DNA of 64,000 bases, from positions 169,119-233,118 of the forward strand of contig CAWAKC010000010.1 in NCBI GenBank assembly GCA_963782525.1. The letters run 5' to 3'. Shown piece by piece: positions 51,437 through 60,517 of this stretch (positions are counted from its first letter, which is position 1; the number at the start of each line of letters is the position of its first letter). The notes under the pieces are model-generated. The model ran no database searches. It worked only from the letters and a program-made list of their open reading frames with translations, and had not been told where the DNA came from. Position numbers and translations under genes: made by a program. The DNA comes from Candidatus Bathyarchaeota archaeon. GTDB lineage: Archaea; Thermoproteota; Bathyarchaeia; Bathyarchaeales; Bathycorpusculaceae.

Positions 51437-51595
51437 TTGAGCGAAAAAGCACCAACACCAAATGACCAACGATCTACCGTCCTAAACCCAAATAGCACAC
51501 AACATCAACAAGCCCTTAACAATTATAGCAGACAAGTCAACCCTAAAGATTCAGTCCACCAATCTTCGAGATCTGGAAGCCATGGAAAAAGATAA
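51437..51595 (+). CDS. 52-aa N/Q/S-rich microprotein with an 18-aa internal repeat
   Basis: GGAG then TTG; MSEKAPTPNDQRSTVLNPNSTQHQQALNNYSRQVNPKDSVHQSSRSGSHGKR; overlaps the next start. Not in the ORF track. Confidence 0.55.
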   Translation: MSEKAPTPNDQRSTVLNPNSTQHQQALNNYSRQVNPKDSVHQSSRSGSHGKR

Positions 51596-53096
51596 CTCCG
51601 AAAGCTTCCAACCTCCTTTTTTCTTCTCCAAAGAACAATACAACTCATTTAGCGAGTTAGAAAAAGCTGAAGTGAATAATATCGCAGATTCTATCATGAA
51701 AGCTTTTGACAGATACGGTCAAAGGTATCTTGAACGATTATTTGGGGGAATGGATCGAGCAAGTCCTGGATGGAAGTCTGAATTAAATGAGTTCGCAGGG
51801 CAAATAGGTTTGTTGCTTTCCAAGAGAGCCTGCATACCTGGTTTCTACTTGTACGTTCTCAAAGAAGTGACAACTGATAAGAAACTAAAAAGACAGAGAC
51901 CTACCCTTGTCAAAGCTTTTCTTCTTTCCATGTTAAAACAAGATGGGGTAAAAATAAGTGAGCTCATTGAAAAGCCTTTAACGGTACCGGAAGAAGGTGA
52001 CTTTGAACTTTATACTCGCAGAACTGTCCAGCAAATTATGCATGATAATGTCTGCGATGCTTTTTATGAAATCCAGGAATCTCGATCAAGAAGAAAAGAG
52101 GACTCTAGAGTCAAATCTTTTACTAGTATATTTGGAATTGAAGAATTGCCAGTCAACGCATATTCAGAAAACGTTACAGACTTTCTTGCTCTAGAAGGAA
52201 AAGCCTGGGGTTCGAATAACGCAGCAAAAGAAATGATATCTTTTAACGCTAAAATAAACCCAGTTATGCCAGAATATGTTCAAGACATGATTTCCTTTAA
52301 GGAAGAATGCCGAAAAATAATTTTAAAAGAAAACTTCCTCGTTCGCGAGAAATATAGTAAATACTTTTGTAATGATGAGGGTGATTTTACTCTACTTTTT
52401 GAAGTATTCTATAGGCAAGTTTCTTCAATTCTGGCGCAAGAATGGTTTAGAGATCAATCTCCTACAATAAGGAAAACCCTCATTGAAAGAGGATATCCAT
52501 TTAGACTCACCAAAGAAGATGCATCTCAAATAAAGGATCTGCTTTTGAAATTAAATGGACGTGAAGAATGGGTCAAATCTCTCTTAGCCTCTTGTGCTAT
52601 TGTGTTTCAAAATCGAGGATTTTTTAACGAATCCATAATTCTATACAAAGAGCTTCTGAATTCAATTAACCTTTCAATTGATGAAAAAGCAAGAGTCCTC
52701 GAAGATATTGCAATTGTCTACAGAAAAAACAAGAAATTCAAACTTATGGTAAGTTACATGAAAAAAGCGCTAAATCAATACAGGGTCACAGGGGAACAGT
52801 ATAGAGTGTGTGTTGCTTTGAAGAACATCGGAGAAGCAGAGTGGAATATGGGCTTCAAAGAAAAGGCAAACAATTTTTTCAAACAAGCCGAAGAACTAGG
52901 TGAAAATTTGCCCGATCAGGGAGACCGATTTGGCGTTTTGTGGAATTTGGCTTCTGCTTTCAAACGAATAGGTGATGTAAAAGTCGAGAGGAATTTTCTT
53001 TCAAAATGTTTAGTTGCCCTGAGTGATGATGAAACGGATAAAATATTGCAAATTGAGGCTCGTTTGCATCAACTGGACCGATTTAGCTTTAGATAG
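51582..53096 (+). CDS. protein with C-terminal TPR repeats
   Basis: LASCAIVF..RG, LEDIAIVY, LKNIGEAE and LWNLASAF helical repeats. Confidence 0.75.
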   Translation: MEKDNSESFQPPFFFSKEQYNSFSELEKAEVNNIADSIMKAFDRYGQRYLERLFGGMDRASPGWKSELNEFAGQIGLLLSKRACIPGFYLYVLKEVTTDKKLKRQRPTLVKAFLLSMLKQDGVKISELIEKPLTVPEEGDFELYTRRTVQQIMHDNVCDAFYEIQESRSRRKEDSRVKSFTSIFGIEELPVNAYSENVTDFLALEGKAWGSNNAAKEMISFNAKINPVMPEYVQDMISFKEECRKIILKENFLVREKYSKYFCNDEGDFTLLFEVFYRQVSSILAQEWFRDQSPTIRKTLIERGYPFRLTKEDASQIKDLLLKLNGREEWVKSLLASCAIVFQNRGFFNESIILYKELLNSINLSIDEKARVLEDIAIVYRKNKKFKLMVSYMKKALNQYRVTGEQYRVCVALKNIGEAEWNMGFKEKANNFFKQAEELGENLPDQGDRFGVLWNLASAFKRIGDVKVERNFLSKCLVALSDDETDKILQIEARLHQLDRFSFR

Positions 53097-53284
53097 GTGT
53101 GAACGATGTTGAATAATGAAGAAAGAATTAGGTCTGTTAATTGGCATCTAACCGCAAAATGTAAGCTATCATTGATGAGCTAGTATTTTGGAAATGAAGC
53201 AATTTACCCTGGTAACTTAAAGATTTGATTTCTTTTTCTTATATTCTTTTGATTTAAACTTCACTAGTTATAAATACGGATAGG

Positions 53285-54037
53285 ATGGATAGGCTGCTTG
53301 GGGTAATAATGGAATTTAAGAATATTAACAATGTTGGACAATTAGGAATAGAACTGCTTTTGGAAGATTCTGAAGGAACCCGAGTAACCAGAGACCTCGT
53401 AGAACAACTAATAGAGGGTATAGTAAAAAGGTCAGTTGACTATTACGATTCTACCGGCGATTACTCTTTTTGTTATAGGGAGAAACAATTGCATTCAGTT
53501 GTTTGTCCATCTATTGCAGCTTTTACACCAGCTTATTTAATGGAGTGCCCCCTTAGAAGAAAACCTGCTGGCGAGGATGATCACGCAGGGCTAGCTGACT
53601 ATTGGATTAGTTATCGTAACTACGGTTTTGTATTGGAGTTAAAGCACGGTTATTTTGCTTACACTAGACCAAACGATCCTCGGCAAAACCTACTAGCTAA
53701 ATTTAATTCAGCAATTGATCAACTAAAAAGTATTCGGAAGGACCAAGTTGAATATCTTGGAGGAGGAGACAGAGGATTATTCAAGATAGCCCTAATGGCA
53801 ATTACTTTCTTTAGTGGAGCAAAAGAAGAAATGACAGCACATAACAACAAGGAAGAGGAACTAAAATCTTCTTTTAATAAAATGTTGACCATAAGTGGAT
53901 TGGTCAAAAAAACAAATCTACGTGCGCTATGGCTTCTGAATAAAAGGCTTGTCATTCCCATGGAATATTCAAATGGTTCTGAAATTTATCCGGCAGTTGC
54001 TTTTGTTGGAAATATTCCATCATGCATAAGTCTTTAA
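53285..54037 (+). CDS. PD-(D/E)xK nuclease-like protein
   Basis: YREKQL, LMECP and GLADYW....FVLELKH. Confidence 0.65.
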   Translation: MDRLLGVIMEFKNINNVGQLGIELLLEDSEGTRVTRDLVEQLIEGIVKRSVDYYDSTGDYSFCYREKQLHSVVCPSIAAFTPAYLMECPLRRKPAGEDDHAGLADYWISYRNYGFVLELKHGYFAYTRPNDPRQNLLAKFNSAIDQLKSIRKDQVEYLGGGDRGLFKIALMAITFFSGAKEEMTAHNNKEEELKSSFNKMLTISGLVKKTNLRALWLLNKRLVIPMEYSNGSEIYPAVAFVGNIPSCISL

Positions 54038-54186
54038 CAATTAGTTTCTAATTCTTTTTGTGAAAATAAGGCTTCAAAATGGAGTTCTACGTATTCGCTT
54101 CTTGATCTTTTCTGTCTTGAGGCTTCTTTGTCTATTTTCTCTAATACTCGGTTAGAAAGGGCTATGCTTACTGGGTGTTTGTGCAC
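54034..54186 (-). CDS. ribbon-helix-helix (CopG-like) regulator, copy A (50 aa)
   Basis: GTG start; MHKHPVSIALSNRVLEKIDKEASRQKRSRSEYVELHFEALFSQKELETNC. Not in the ORF track. Confidence 0.75.
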   Translation of the reverse strand: MHKHPVSIALSNRVLEKIDKEASRQKRSRSEYVELHFEALFSQKELETNC

Positions 54187-54415
54187 TGTACTGGAGCCTC
54201 TGATTATTTACCGCTTGTAAATATTACCCGAAAGCGAGGATGACATTAGGCACTAACAAAGTTTCTAATTGAATCTGGGAGAAACTGAGATACCGACTAA
54301 ATGAAATGATTTTCACACACGTATTCCTGCATCAAATCGCAAAAAAATGAGTTTTCTATTATCAAAATATAAAACTATAGATTATCTGCAAAATGTTAAA
54401 TTAACGAGTTGACTA

Positions 54416-57229
54416 TTGTGTTTTATGTCTTCAACAGAACGACGTCCTAATGGGATATTTTCGTTCTATGCAGAAACTTGGTTTAATAAAGGTGAAGCGT
54501 TAGCAATTTTGGGGTATAATGAAGATGCTTTATGCTACTTTGATATTGCCACCTTGCTAGATTCAAGCCTCAAGAAAGCTTGGTTTATGAAATGCGCTAT
54601 CTTACGCAAACTTGACAGAAACTTTGAGGCGCTAGATTGCTTAGATAAAATGATGAAACTTGACTCTAATGATGCATTTGGCTGGATTAACAAAGGTTTA
54701 GTTCTAAAATCGATAAAACGGGATGAGGAAGCCATAGAATGTTTTGGAAGAGCAATCGAAATATGTCCAACTTTTGCTAGTGCTTGGTACGAGAAAGCTG
54801 CTGGTTTAGAGAACATAAAAAAGATAAACGAAGCTGCTGAGTGTTTTCAAAAAGCTGCGGAACTAGACCCAACAAATATTAAATATTTGAATGACAAGGG
54901 TGCTTCATTGCAACGCTTGGGGAAGCTCAACGAAGCCTTACAATGCTTTGAAAAAGTAATAGAAATTGACTCAACAGATGTTCATGGATGGAGCAACTTG
55001 GGCGCTGTTTTAGCCTCCTTAGGCATGCTTGAAGAAAGTCTTAAAACCTGTGAAAAAGCGACCCAAATAGACTCAACCTTTTCTGAAGCGTGGAATAATA
55101 GAGGTGTTATTCTCGATCGATTGGGTAGGTATGATGAAGCTCTGGAGTGCTTTAAAAAATCGGCAGATCTAAACTCAACAGATACGTTTGCGTGGATAAA
55201 CATGGGTGTTGCTCAGGAGCATTTAAAAAGACTAGATGAAGCATTAAAAAGCTATGAAAAAGCTACCGAGCTTAACCAAAACGATGCTATTCCTTGGAAA
55301 TTCAAAAATAATATTCTAAAAGAACTCGGTAGGCCAAATGAAGCTCTAAGTAGCTTGGAAAAGTCGATCGAACTAGACCCAACAGCTTGGGATGCATGGT
55401 ATAACAAAGGCGTAGACTTAGATTTCTTGGGAAGGCATGATGAGGCAATATTATGTTTTGAAAAAGCGATAGAACTCAACTCGCAAAATCCAAAATCATG
55501 GAATAACAAAGGAGCCGTTTTAGCTAATTTAGGTAAAATCGATGAAGCTCTGGAAAACTTCAAAAGGGCCAGAGCACTGGACTCGACTTACATAGCGGCT
55601 ATAAGAAATATTGGAATTTGTTACATACAGTTAAACAAGTTCAAAAACGCGCTAAGTAGTTTAGCTGAAGCCTCGGAGTATTTTTCGGTAACTAATGATA
55701 AGAATGTGACCTCTGAAATAGAGGCTCTCACAAGTTTTGCCCGAGGACTCAGCAGTTGGAGCAAGGCTGACCTCAGCGGAGCAATAATGAATTTTGAAGA
55801 AGCGAAAAAGATTTTTGAAAACAAAAAGTTTAGCGATGGAAACAAGAGGTTTGCCGTCTTTTCAAAATCTTGTGAATTAATTTCCAAACTGGTATATTTA
55901 GACAAGCTTTTCATCGAAATGGTAGATTGTGAAAGTCTCCGTAAACTTGAAGAGAAAAGCCTGTCGCTGTCTAGCATTTTTGAGGACCTCACTAACACAT
56001 ATAAAAAAGGATCTATTCTTCCGGATGCAAAAAGAATTTTATGCGCAAAGTCGATTTGTGTCAAGGCACTTAGAGACTCTTTGTTGTCTAAAACAAACCT
56101 AAAAGAACTACAAAAAGCAAGAAATATATTGAAAAGGGCGGGAATTCTCGGATCGTTACTTGCAGTAAATGCACTTGAAAACTTTATAACGCTTTTAGAA
56201 CAAGAAAACGCCGAATACGGTGGAATAGAAAGAATTCCAAAAGAAGTCGAAATTAACTTGCTTAAATACTTAAAAATGACCAGCGGTCTTGACGGAGTCT
56301 TATCCAGACACATTCCCATAATAGGTTACGAGAGTTCACCTTCCGAGCAAGAAAAGAATGCATTAAATCTAATTCCTAATATTATTTCGGGCAATCTCAA
56401 AAAAACTGTCAGATTATGTTGCGTTCAATTGGATTTTAATTTAATTCCGCTTAAACCACCGCGCGAATTTGGCTATGTTTTGCAAAACAAATTGGAGGTA
56501 AAAAAGAAAGTATTCTTAGCACTAGAAATTGCGAAGAAGCATAATGTGAATATTATTTGCTTTCCAGAACTGAGCACCGATAAGGAGTGGATAGATGAAG
56601 TAAAAAGTCAATACAAAGACATGATTGCAATTTTCGGAAGTTACTACGAAGACGCCTACAATATATGTCCTGTAATAATTGGCGGGCAGGCCCATTTTGT
56701 TAGAAAAATCAGTCCATCTCCTGTTGAAGGTGAAACATCAGAGGGACGAGGAATGAGAAAGGGAAGGGACATCATTGTCTTCCATACACCTTATGGAAGA
56801 TTTGTTGTATTTGTCTGTATGGATTTCCAAAAGATACGCGATAGAGTTTTGAAATGTGCTGATGATAAAATAAGCAATTTAGATTTTGTTTTCGTGCCCG
56901 AAAGGAATGAAAATCCGAGATTATTCCAGAAAGCCGGAGATTTTGTTTGCCAAGAAGACTCATGTCCATATGTTATACTTGTTAATGGTTCGAATATAGC
57001 TGAAAAGAAAACCGGTGGAACTTGCATTATCGGTTTGGAAAATAAAGATCTCGTTCAAAGGTACATAGATGATGACTTAAGATCAATTGACGCGGGGATC
57101 GATTACAAATTGATCGAGGCAAAGGAAGGAGAGAACTTGTTTATTGCTGATGTAGATATCTCGCAGAAAGGAGTGAAGTGGCCAGTTAAACAGAAAATAA
57201 AGTTAGTTGGTTTCTTTCCATTAACTTAG
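54416..57229 (+). CDS. TPR-array / carbon-nitrogen hydrolase (nitrilase) fusion
   Basis: About 12 TPRs (W.NKG..L..LG), a helical linker, then VRLCCVQ, IICFPEL (Glu), VRKISP (Lys) and FVCMDF (Cys). Confidence 0.85.
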   Translation: MCFMSSTERRPNGIFSFYAETWFNKGEALAILGYNEDALCYFDIATLLDSSLKKAWFMKCAILRKLDRNFEALDCLDKMMKLDSNDAFGWINKGLVLKSIKRDEEAIECFGRAIEICPTFASAWYEKAAGLENIKKINEAAECFQKAAELDPTNIKYLNDKGASLQRLGKLNEALQCFEKVIEIDSTDVHGWSNLGAVLASLGMLEESLKTCEKATQIDSTFSEAWNNRGVILDRLGRYDEALECFKKSADLNSTDTFAWINMGVAQEHLKRLDEALKSYEKATELNQNDAIPWKFKNNILKELGRPNEALSSLEKSIELDPTAWDAWYNKGVDLDFLGRHDEAILCFEKAIELNSQNPKSWNNKGAVLANLGKIDEALENFKRARALDSTYIAAIRNIGICYIQLNKFKNALSSLAEASEYFSVTNDKNVTSEIEALTSFARGLSSWSKADLSGAIMNFEEAKKIFENKKFSDGNKRFAVFSKSCELISKLVYLDKLFIEMVDCESLRKLEEKSLSLSSIFEDLTNTYKKGSILPDAKRILCAKSICVKALRDSLLSKTNLKELQKARNILKRAGILGSLLAVNALENFITLLEQENAEYGGIERIPKEVEINLLKYLKMTSGLDGVLSRHIPIIGYESSPSEQEKNALNLIPNIISGNLKKTVRLCCVQLDFNLIPLKPPREFGYVLQNKLEVKKKVFLALEIAKKHNVNIICFPELSTDKEWIDEVKSQYKDMIAIFGSYYEDAYNICPVIIGGQAHFVRKISPSPVEGETSEGRGMRKGRDIIVFHTPYGRFVVFVCMDFQKIRDRVLKCADDKISNLDFVFVPERNENPRLFQKAGDFVCQEDSCPYVILVNGSNIAEKKTGGTCIIGLENKDLVQRYIDDDLRSIDAGIDYKLIEAKEGENLFIADVDISQKGVKWPVKQKIKLVGFFPLT

Positions 57230-57261
57230 TACATCTTGGCTGAGCGATTGCTTGTTTGAAT

Positions 57262-58500
57262 TCAACAATACCTTTTCTTGTGACAGTAGTTCAAGATTTG
57301 TTCTGCCAATCTACTTTCAACCGCAATATCTATTATTTCATCTATCTCAATTAAACTGATCATTTGTCCATTTTCGATTTCGTGGAAGAGTTGCTCTCGT
57401 GCCTCGTTTGCTACATTTTGAGAGCAGAAAATAAAAGTATATGTTATTCTTCTTTGACTATTGTCAATAAAGGACTTGAAAGACGATCGGAAGGCTTTTT
57501 TCATCTGGTCAATCAGTTGATTTACATTTCCCTCTCTTAGACCAGCCTTTGAATGGATTTTTACAGCTTTAGCCTGTGCAGAGTAGTATATTATTTTTCC
57601 AAACTCATTTGTTTTGTAAAAAGGGTGAAAATCGCTTCCATTCTCCCCTGGCCCGTGAAATGATATTGGCTGAACACCTTGAAAACCTAATGACTTCAAA
57701 ATAGGAACTAAAACTACCGAAATAAGTTCAGCTTCTGAAAGCATTTGGATTTGTTCTTTCAAATCTTTTTTGTCAGGATTAACTTCGACACCAAAAAAAG
57801 CTTCAGCTTCAGAATATCGATTTTTAAATTTGGTTGCTATGGAGACACCTAAATCGTAAACGTAATGGTCCTCGATTATTCTTTCAGCTTTAATCATTGC
57901 TGCCAGCGACAGACTCGTATCTAGTTGATACACAATGCATAGGAAGCCTTCTGGGGTGGAGAACATTTCTGGATAGACCTTCATTCTAATCACAGAGAAT
58001 CTCTCCTCTTCTTCTTCAAACAAATTTAAACGGTAAGAAATTATTCGTTTGTAATTGTCTTTTATGTATAAGATTTCTCCTTCATTATCTGAAAAAGAAT
58101 TTATAACAATATTTAGGGGTCTGAATTGCTCTAAGAGTTTGTCGGCATTCGGTGTAATGCACAGAGTATTTTCATTATTCGCGAAAAGCGACACATTGTT
58201 TTTACTTTCTCTTTTAGTTAGACCTTCGATGTTTACGCATTTCTCAAAGTACAATTTAATATTCGCGAGAACTTGATCCTCATTTTCGCAACATTCATAA
58301 CATATGCAACTGTCAGCACCAGTGGCGAACTTGAGTTCGCAACATTTTTTGCAGATATAATTAATTCCACCTTCTTTTCCTTCAATATCTTCATAACATC
58401 TATGACAAAGAACCATACTTGTGATACTGTTTGGCTTCCTGCATACCTGGCAAAAAGGTTCTAACTTCTCATACTGTTCTGCATTCATAGTCCGATTCAT
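57262..58500 (-). CDS. Cys-rich Zn-finger fused to an Mrr-like PD-(D/E)xK endonuclease
   Basis: CQVC, CHRC, CKKCC and CICYECC at the N-terminus; SEAEL...LVPILKSLGF...HGPGENGSD...AQAK in the C-terminal part. Confidence 0.75.
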   Translation of the reverse strand: MNRTMNAEQYEKLEPFCQVCRKPNSITSMVLCHRCYEDIEGKEGGINYICKKCCELKFATGADSCICYECCENEDQVLANIKLYFEKCVNIEGLTKRESKNNVSLFANNENTLCITPNADKLLEQFRPLNIVINSFSDNEGEILYIKDNYKRIISYRLNLFEEEEERFSVIRMKVYPEMFSTPEGFLCIVYQLDTSLSLAAMIKAERIIEDHYVYDLGVSIATKFKNRYSEAEAFFGVEVNPDKKDLKEQIQMLSEAELISVVLVPILKSLGFQGVQPISFHGPGENGSDFHPFYKTNEFGKIIYYSAQAKAVKIHSKAGLREGNVNQLIDQMKKAFRSSFKSFIDNSQRRITYTFIFCSQNVANEAREQLFHEIENGQMISLIEIDEIIDIAVESRLAEQILNYCHKKRYC

Positions 58501-58630
58501 GAGCTACCAACCGTAAAGTTAAGCATACAATTTGCCATATTTGTTTAGACTGAACTTAACATTTTCCGTTTTCAATCCTGCAAAAATTGAGACAACTTGG
58601 AAAAGTTAGGAAAAGTTAATTTAAAAAAAA

Positions 58631-58795
58631 CTATTGCTTGACAATTTCATTTTCTAATCCAGCTGACCTATCGAATATCGTTTCAAAATGAAGCTCTACC
58701 CATTCGCTTCTTGACCTTTTCTGCCGAATGGCTTCTTGGTCTATTTTTTGAAGTATGCGGTTGGAGAGGGCTATGCTTACTGGGTGTTTGCGCAC
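58631..58795 (-). CDS. ribbon-helix-helix (CopG-like) regulator, copy B (54 aa)
   Basis: GTG start; MRKHPVSIALSNRILQKIDQEAIRQKRSRSEWVELHFETIFDRSAGLENEIVKQ; divergent from the head operon. Not in the ORF track. Confidence 0.78.
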   Translation of the reverse strand: MRKHPVSIALSNRILQKIDQEAIRQKRSRSEWVELHFETIFDRSAGLENEIVKQ

Positions 58796-58841
58796 TGTAA
58801 CCTGAGCCTCAAGGTATTTGCCGCTTATTAATATTTAACAA

Positions 58842-59975
58842 TTGTTGTTAAGCTTTAACAACAGCCTTTTTCAGCCAAATAAGCCTAAATCTGCCTTAAT
58901 GACCCAACCAATCGAAAACAAGTCCATCAGCATTAGGCATCCTGATTTCGAGAAGATTCATACAGCTTTTTTGGCACATTACAGCAAGGATCCTAACCTT
59001 GGCGAGTCCCGTTATGCCGATTGGGTAAAGTTTTCTGGCCTGGATGAATCCCAAAGCTATTACCTTCAGGGTGCTGCCCGGGCGAACAAGTCAAGGCAGA
59101 GTTTTGAGTGGGCCAATTTTCTTTTGCAGTTTGTCAAAGAAGACAACGATGCCAAGTACTACCAGGTTGAGGCTTTGTTTCCTGTTGAGTCGATGAATAA
59201 GGATAGCCCGCCTTTTACTCGAGATGAAGTTTTGCAGGCTGCACGTTCCTTAACGGGAAAGCCTAGTGATTTGAATCATGATTTCTCAAAGACCCTTGTT
59301 GGTGTTGAAGTCGTTGCAGCGCAATTTGAAGATGACTGCGTAGAATGCATAGTGCGTGTTCCTAAGGTGTCGCCTCTTGTTGGCATGATTGAGCGCAAAG
59401 AAATCGTGAATGTTAGCATCGAGGGTGAATGGAGCCATGGAGTTCCGGGTCATGGTCTTGTTCTAACTGGATTGGGTTGGTTAACCAAAGACACAATGTT
59501 GCCGGGTATTCCGTTGACGCGGATTATGCCTGTGGAAAAGATTGCGGAGAGTTTTAAGGGAGTTGAGATTTTGGAAGAAAAACAAATAGAAGAAATTGCG
59601 CAGAAAATAGCTGCTAAAATTAGTGAAAAATCCCCTGAATTAGAAAAACTGAAAACTGACCTTTCTGAGGCGAAAACTAAACTCTTGGAGGCTGAAGGAA
59701 GAGCGAAGGTTGCTGAGTCTGCTTCTGCTGAAGCTAACGGCAAACTGGCTACTGCAAACAAGGCTGTTGAAACCTTCAAGAAAGCTGTCCTAGGAGTCGA
59801 TCTGATGACCGCCATTCCCAAGTTAGTAGCGGTATCCGAAGTTCTTGCTGATCTTGAAAAGCTAAGGTTTTTGCCCGTAGTTGAAAACACATCAACCTTC
59901 TCAAAAATACAGGGCGGCAAAGTCAAGAACATAATTAAAAAATACGAAGACAAACTCAACGAGGTTGCTTCGTGA
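58842..59975 (+). CDS. prohead maturation protease with C-terminal coiled-coil scaffold
   Basis: SMN...FTRDEV..AARSL.GKP.DLNH (His), NVSIEG (Ser), then a long E/K/A coiled coil; lies upstream of the capsid genes. Confidence 0.72.
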   Translation: MLLSFNNSLFQPNKPKSALMTQPIENKSISIRHPDFEKIHTAFLAHYSKDPNLGESRYADWVKFSGLDESQSYYLQGAARANKSRQSFEWANFLLQFVKEDNDAKYYQVEALFPVESMNKDSPPFTRDEVLQAARSLTGKPSDLNHDFSKTLVGVEVVAAQFEDDCVECIVRVPKVSPLVGMIERKEIVNVSIEGEWSHGVPGHGLVLTGLGWLTKDTMLPGIPLTRIMPVEKIAESFKGVEILEEKQIEEIAQKIAAKISEKSPELEKLKTDLSEAKTKLLEAEGRAKVAESASAEANGKLATANKAVETFKKAVLGVDLMTAIPKLVAVSEVLADLEKLRFLPVVENTSTFSKIQGGKVKNIIKKYEDKLNEVAS

Positions 59976-59992
59976 TTTCTAGTCACATAGAC

Positions 59993-60022
59993 CGGGTAAG
60001 AGAGGACGAACTCGCTTACTCG
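59993..60022 (+). promoter_or_regulatory. stem-loop ahead of the decoration and capsid genes
   Basis: cgggtaag-a-gag-gacgaa-ctc-g-cttactcg. Confidence 0.35.
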
Positions 60023-60055
60023 TTAAGATTAAAATTTTGTGGAGATCGATTTTAG

Positions 60056-60517
60056 ATGACTGATAATTCTGGAAAAACAACCATGGCTATAGGCGAAACA
60101 GATGACATTGACGCTGAAATAGAAACCTACGCTGCCGCCGCTGCCATCACCAAGGGAGATCCAGTGTACTTGAGTGCTGACGGAGTAGTCACCAAGGCTG
60201 CCGCAGCTCAAGATTGCATTGGGATCGCAATGAAAACCCAAGCTACAGTTAACGGTCCTGTTCCAGTTCTGGTTCGGGGACGTGTAAAGGTAGCGGCTGG
60301 AGGAGCAATTACCGCTGGAAAAGCAGTTTACGGCGCAGATTCCTCGCAACGTGTCTTAATGCTAACTGATGTTTCTGTCTCTCAAGCTGTGAACGAAGGC
60401 GGATCCGCAACTTATACGATTGCTGTTGCGGTAGCTTTTGGTCAAAAACTTGGCATCGCACTACAGACCACAACGACCGCTGGCGATTTGCTCTTCATTA
60501 AAGTGGAGAAGAGCTAG
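60056..60517 (+). CDS. capsid decoration/cement protein (DUF2190-like)
   Basis: AITKGDPV, CIGIA, VLVRG.V..AGGAITAG and LGIAL....AGD; its stop abuts the MCP start. Confidence 0.8.
   Translation: MTDNSGKTTMAIGETDDIDAEIETYAAAAAITKGDPVYLSADGVVTKAAAAQDCIGIAMKTQATVNGPVPVLVRGRVKVAAGGAITAGKAVYGADSSQRVLMLTDVSVSQAVNEGGSATYTIAVAVAFGQKLGIALQTTTTAGDLLFIKVEKS

Noticed and set aside
55621-56319. Long antisense ORFs (55621..56319, 45955..46551, 59450..59986, 19479..19901 and others)
   Set aside because: They lie opposite well-supported genes and have no motifs; treated as shadow ORFs.
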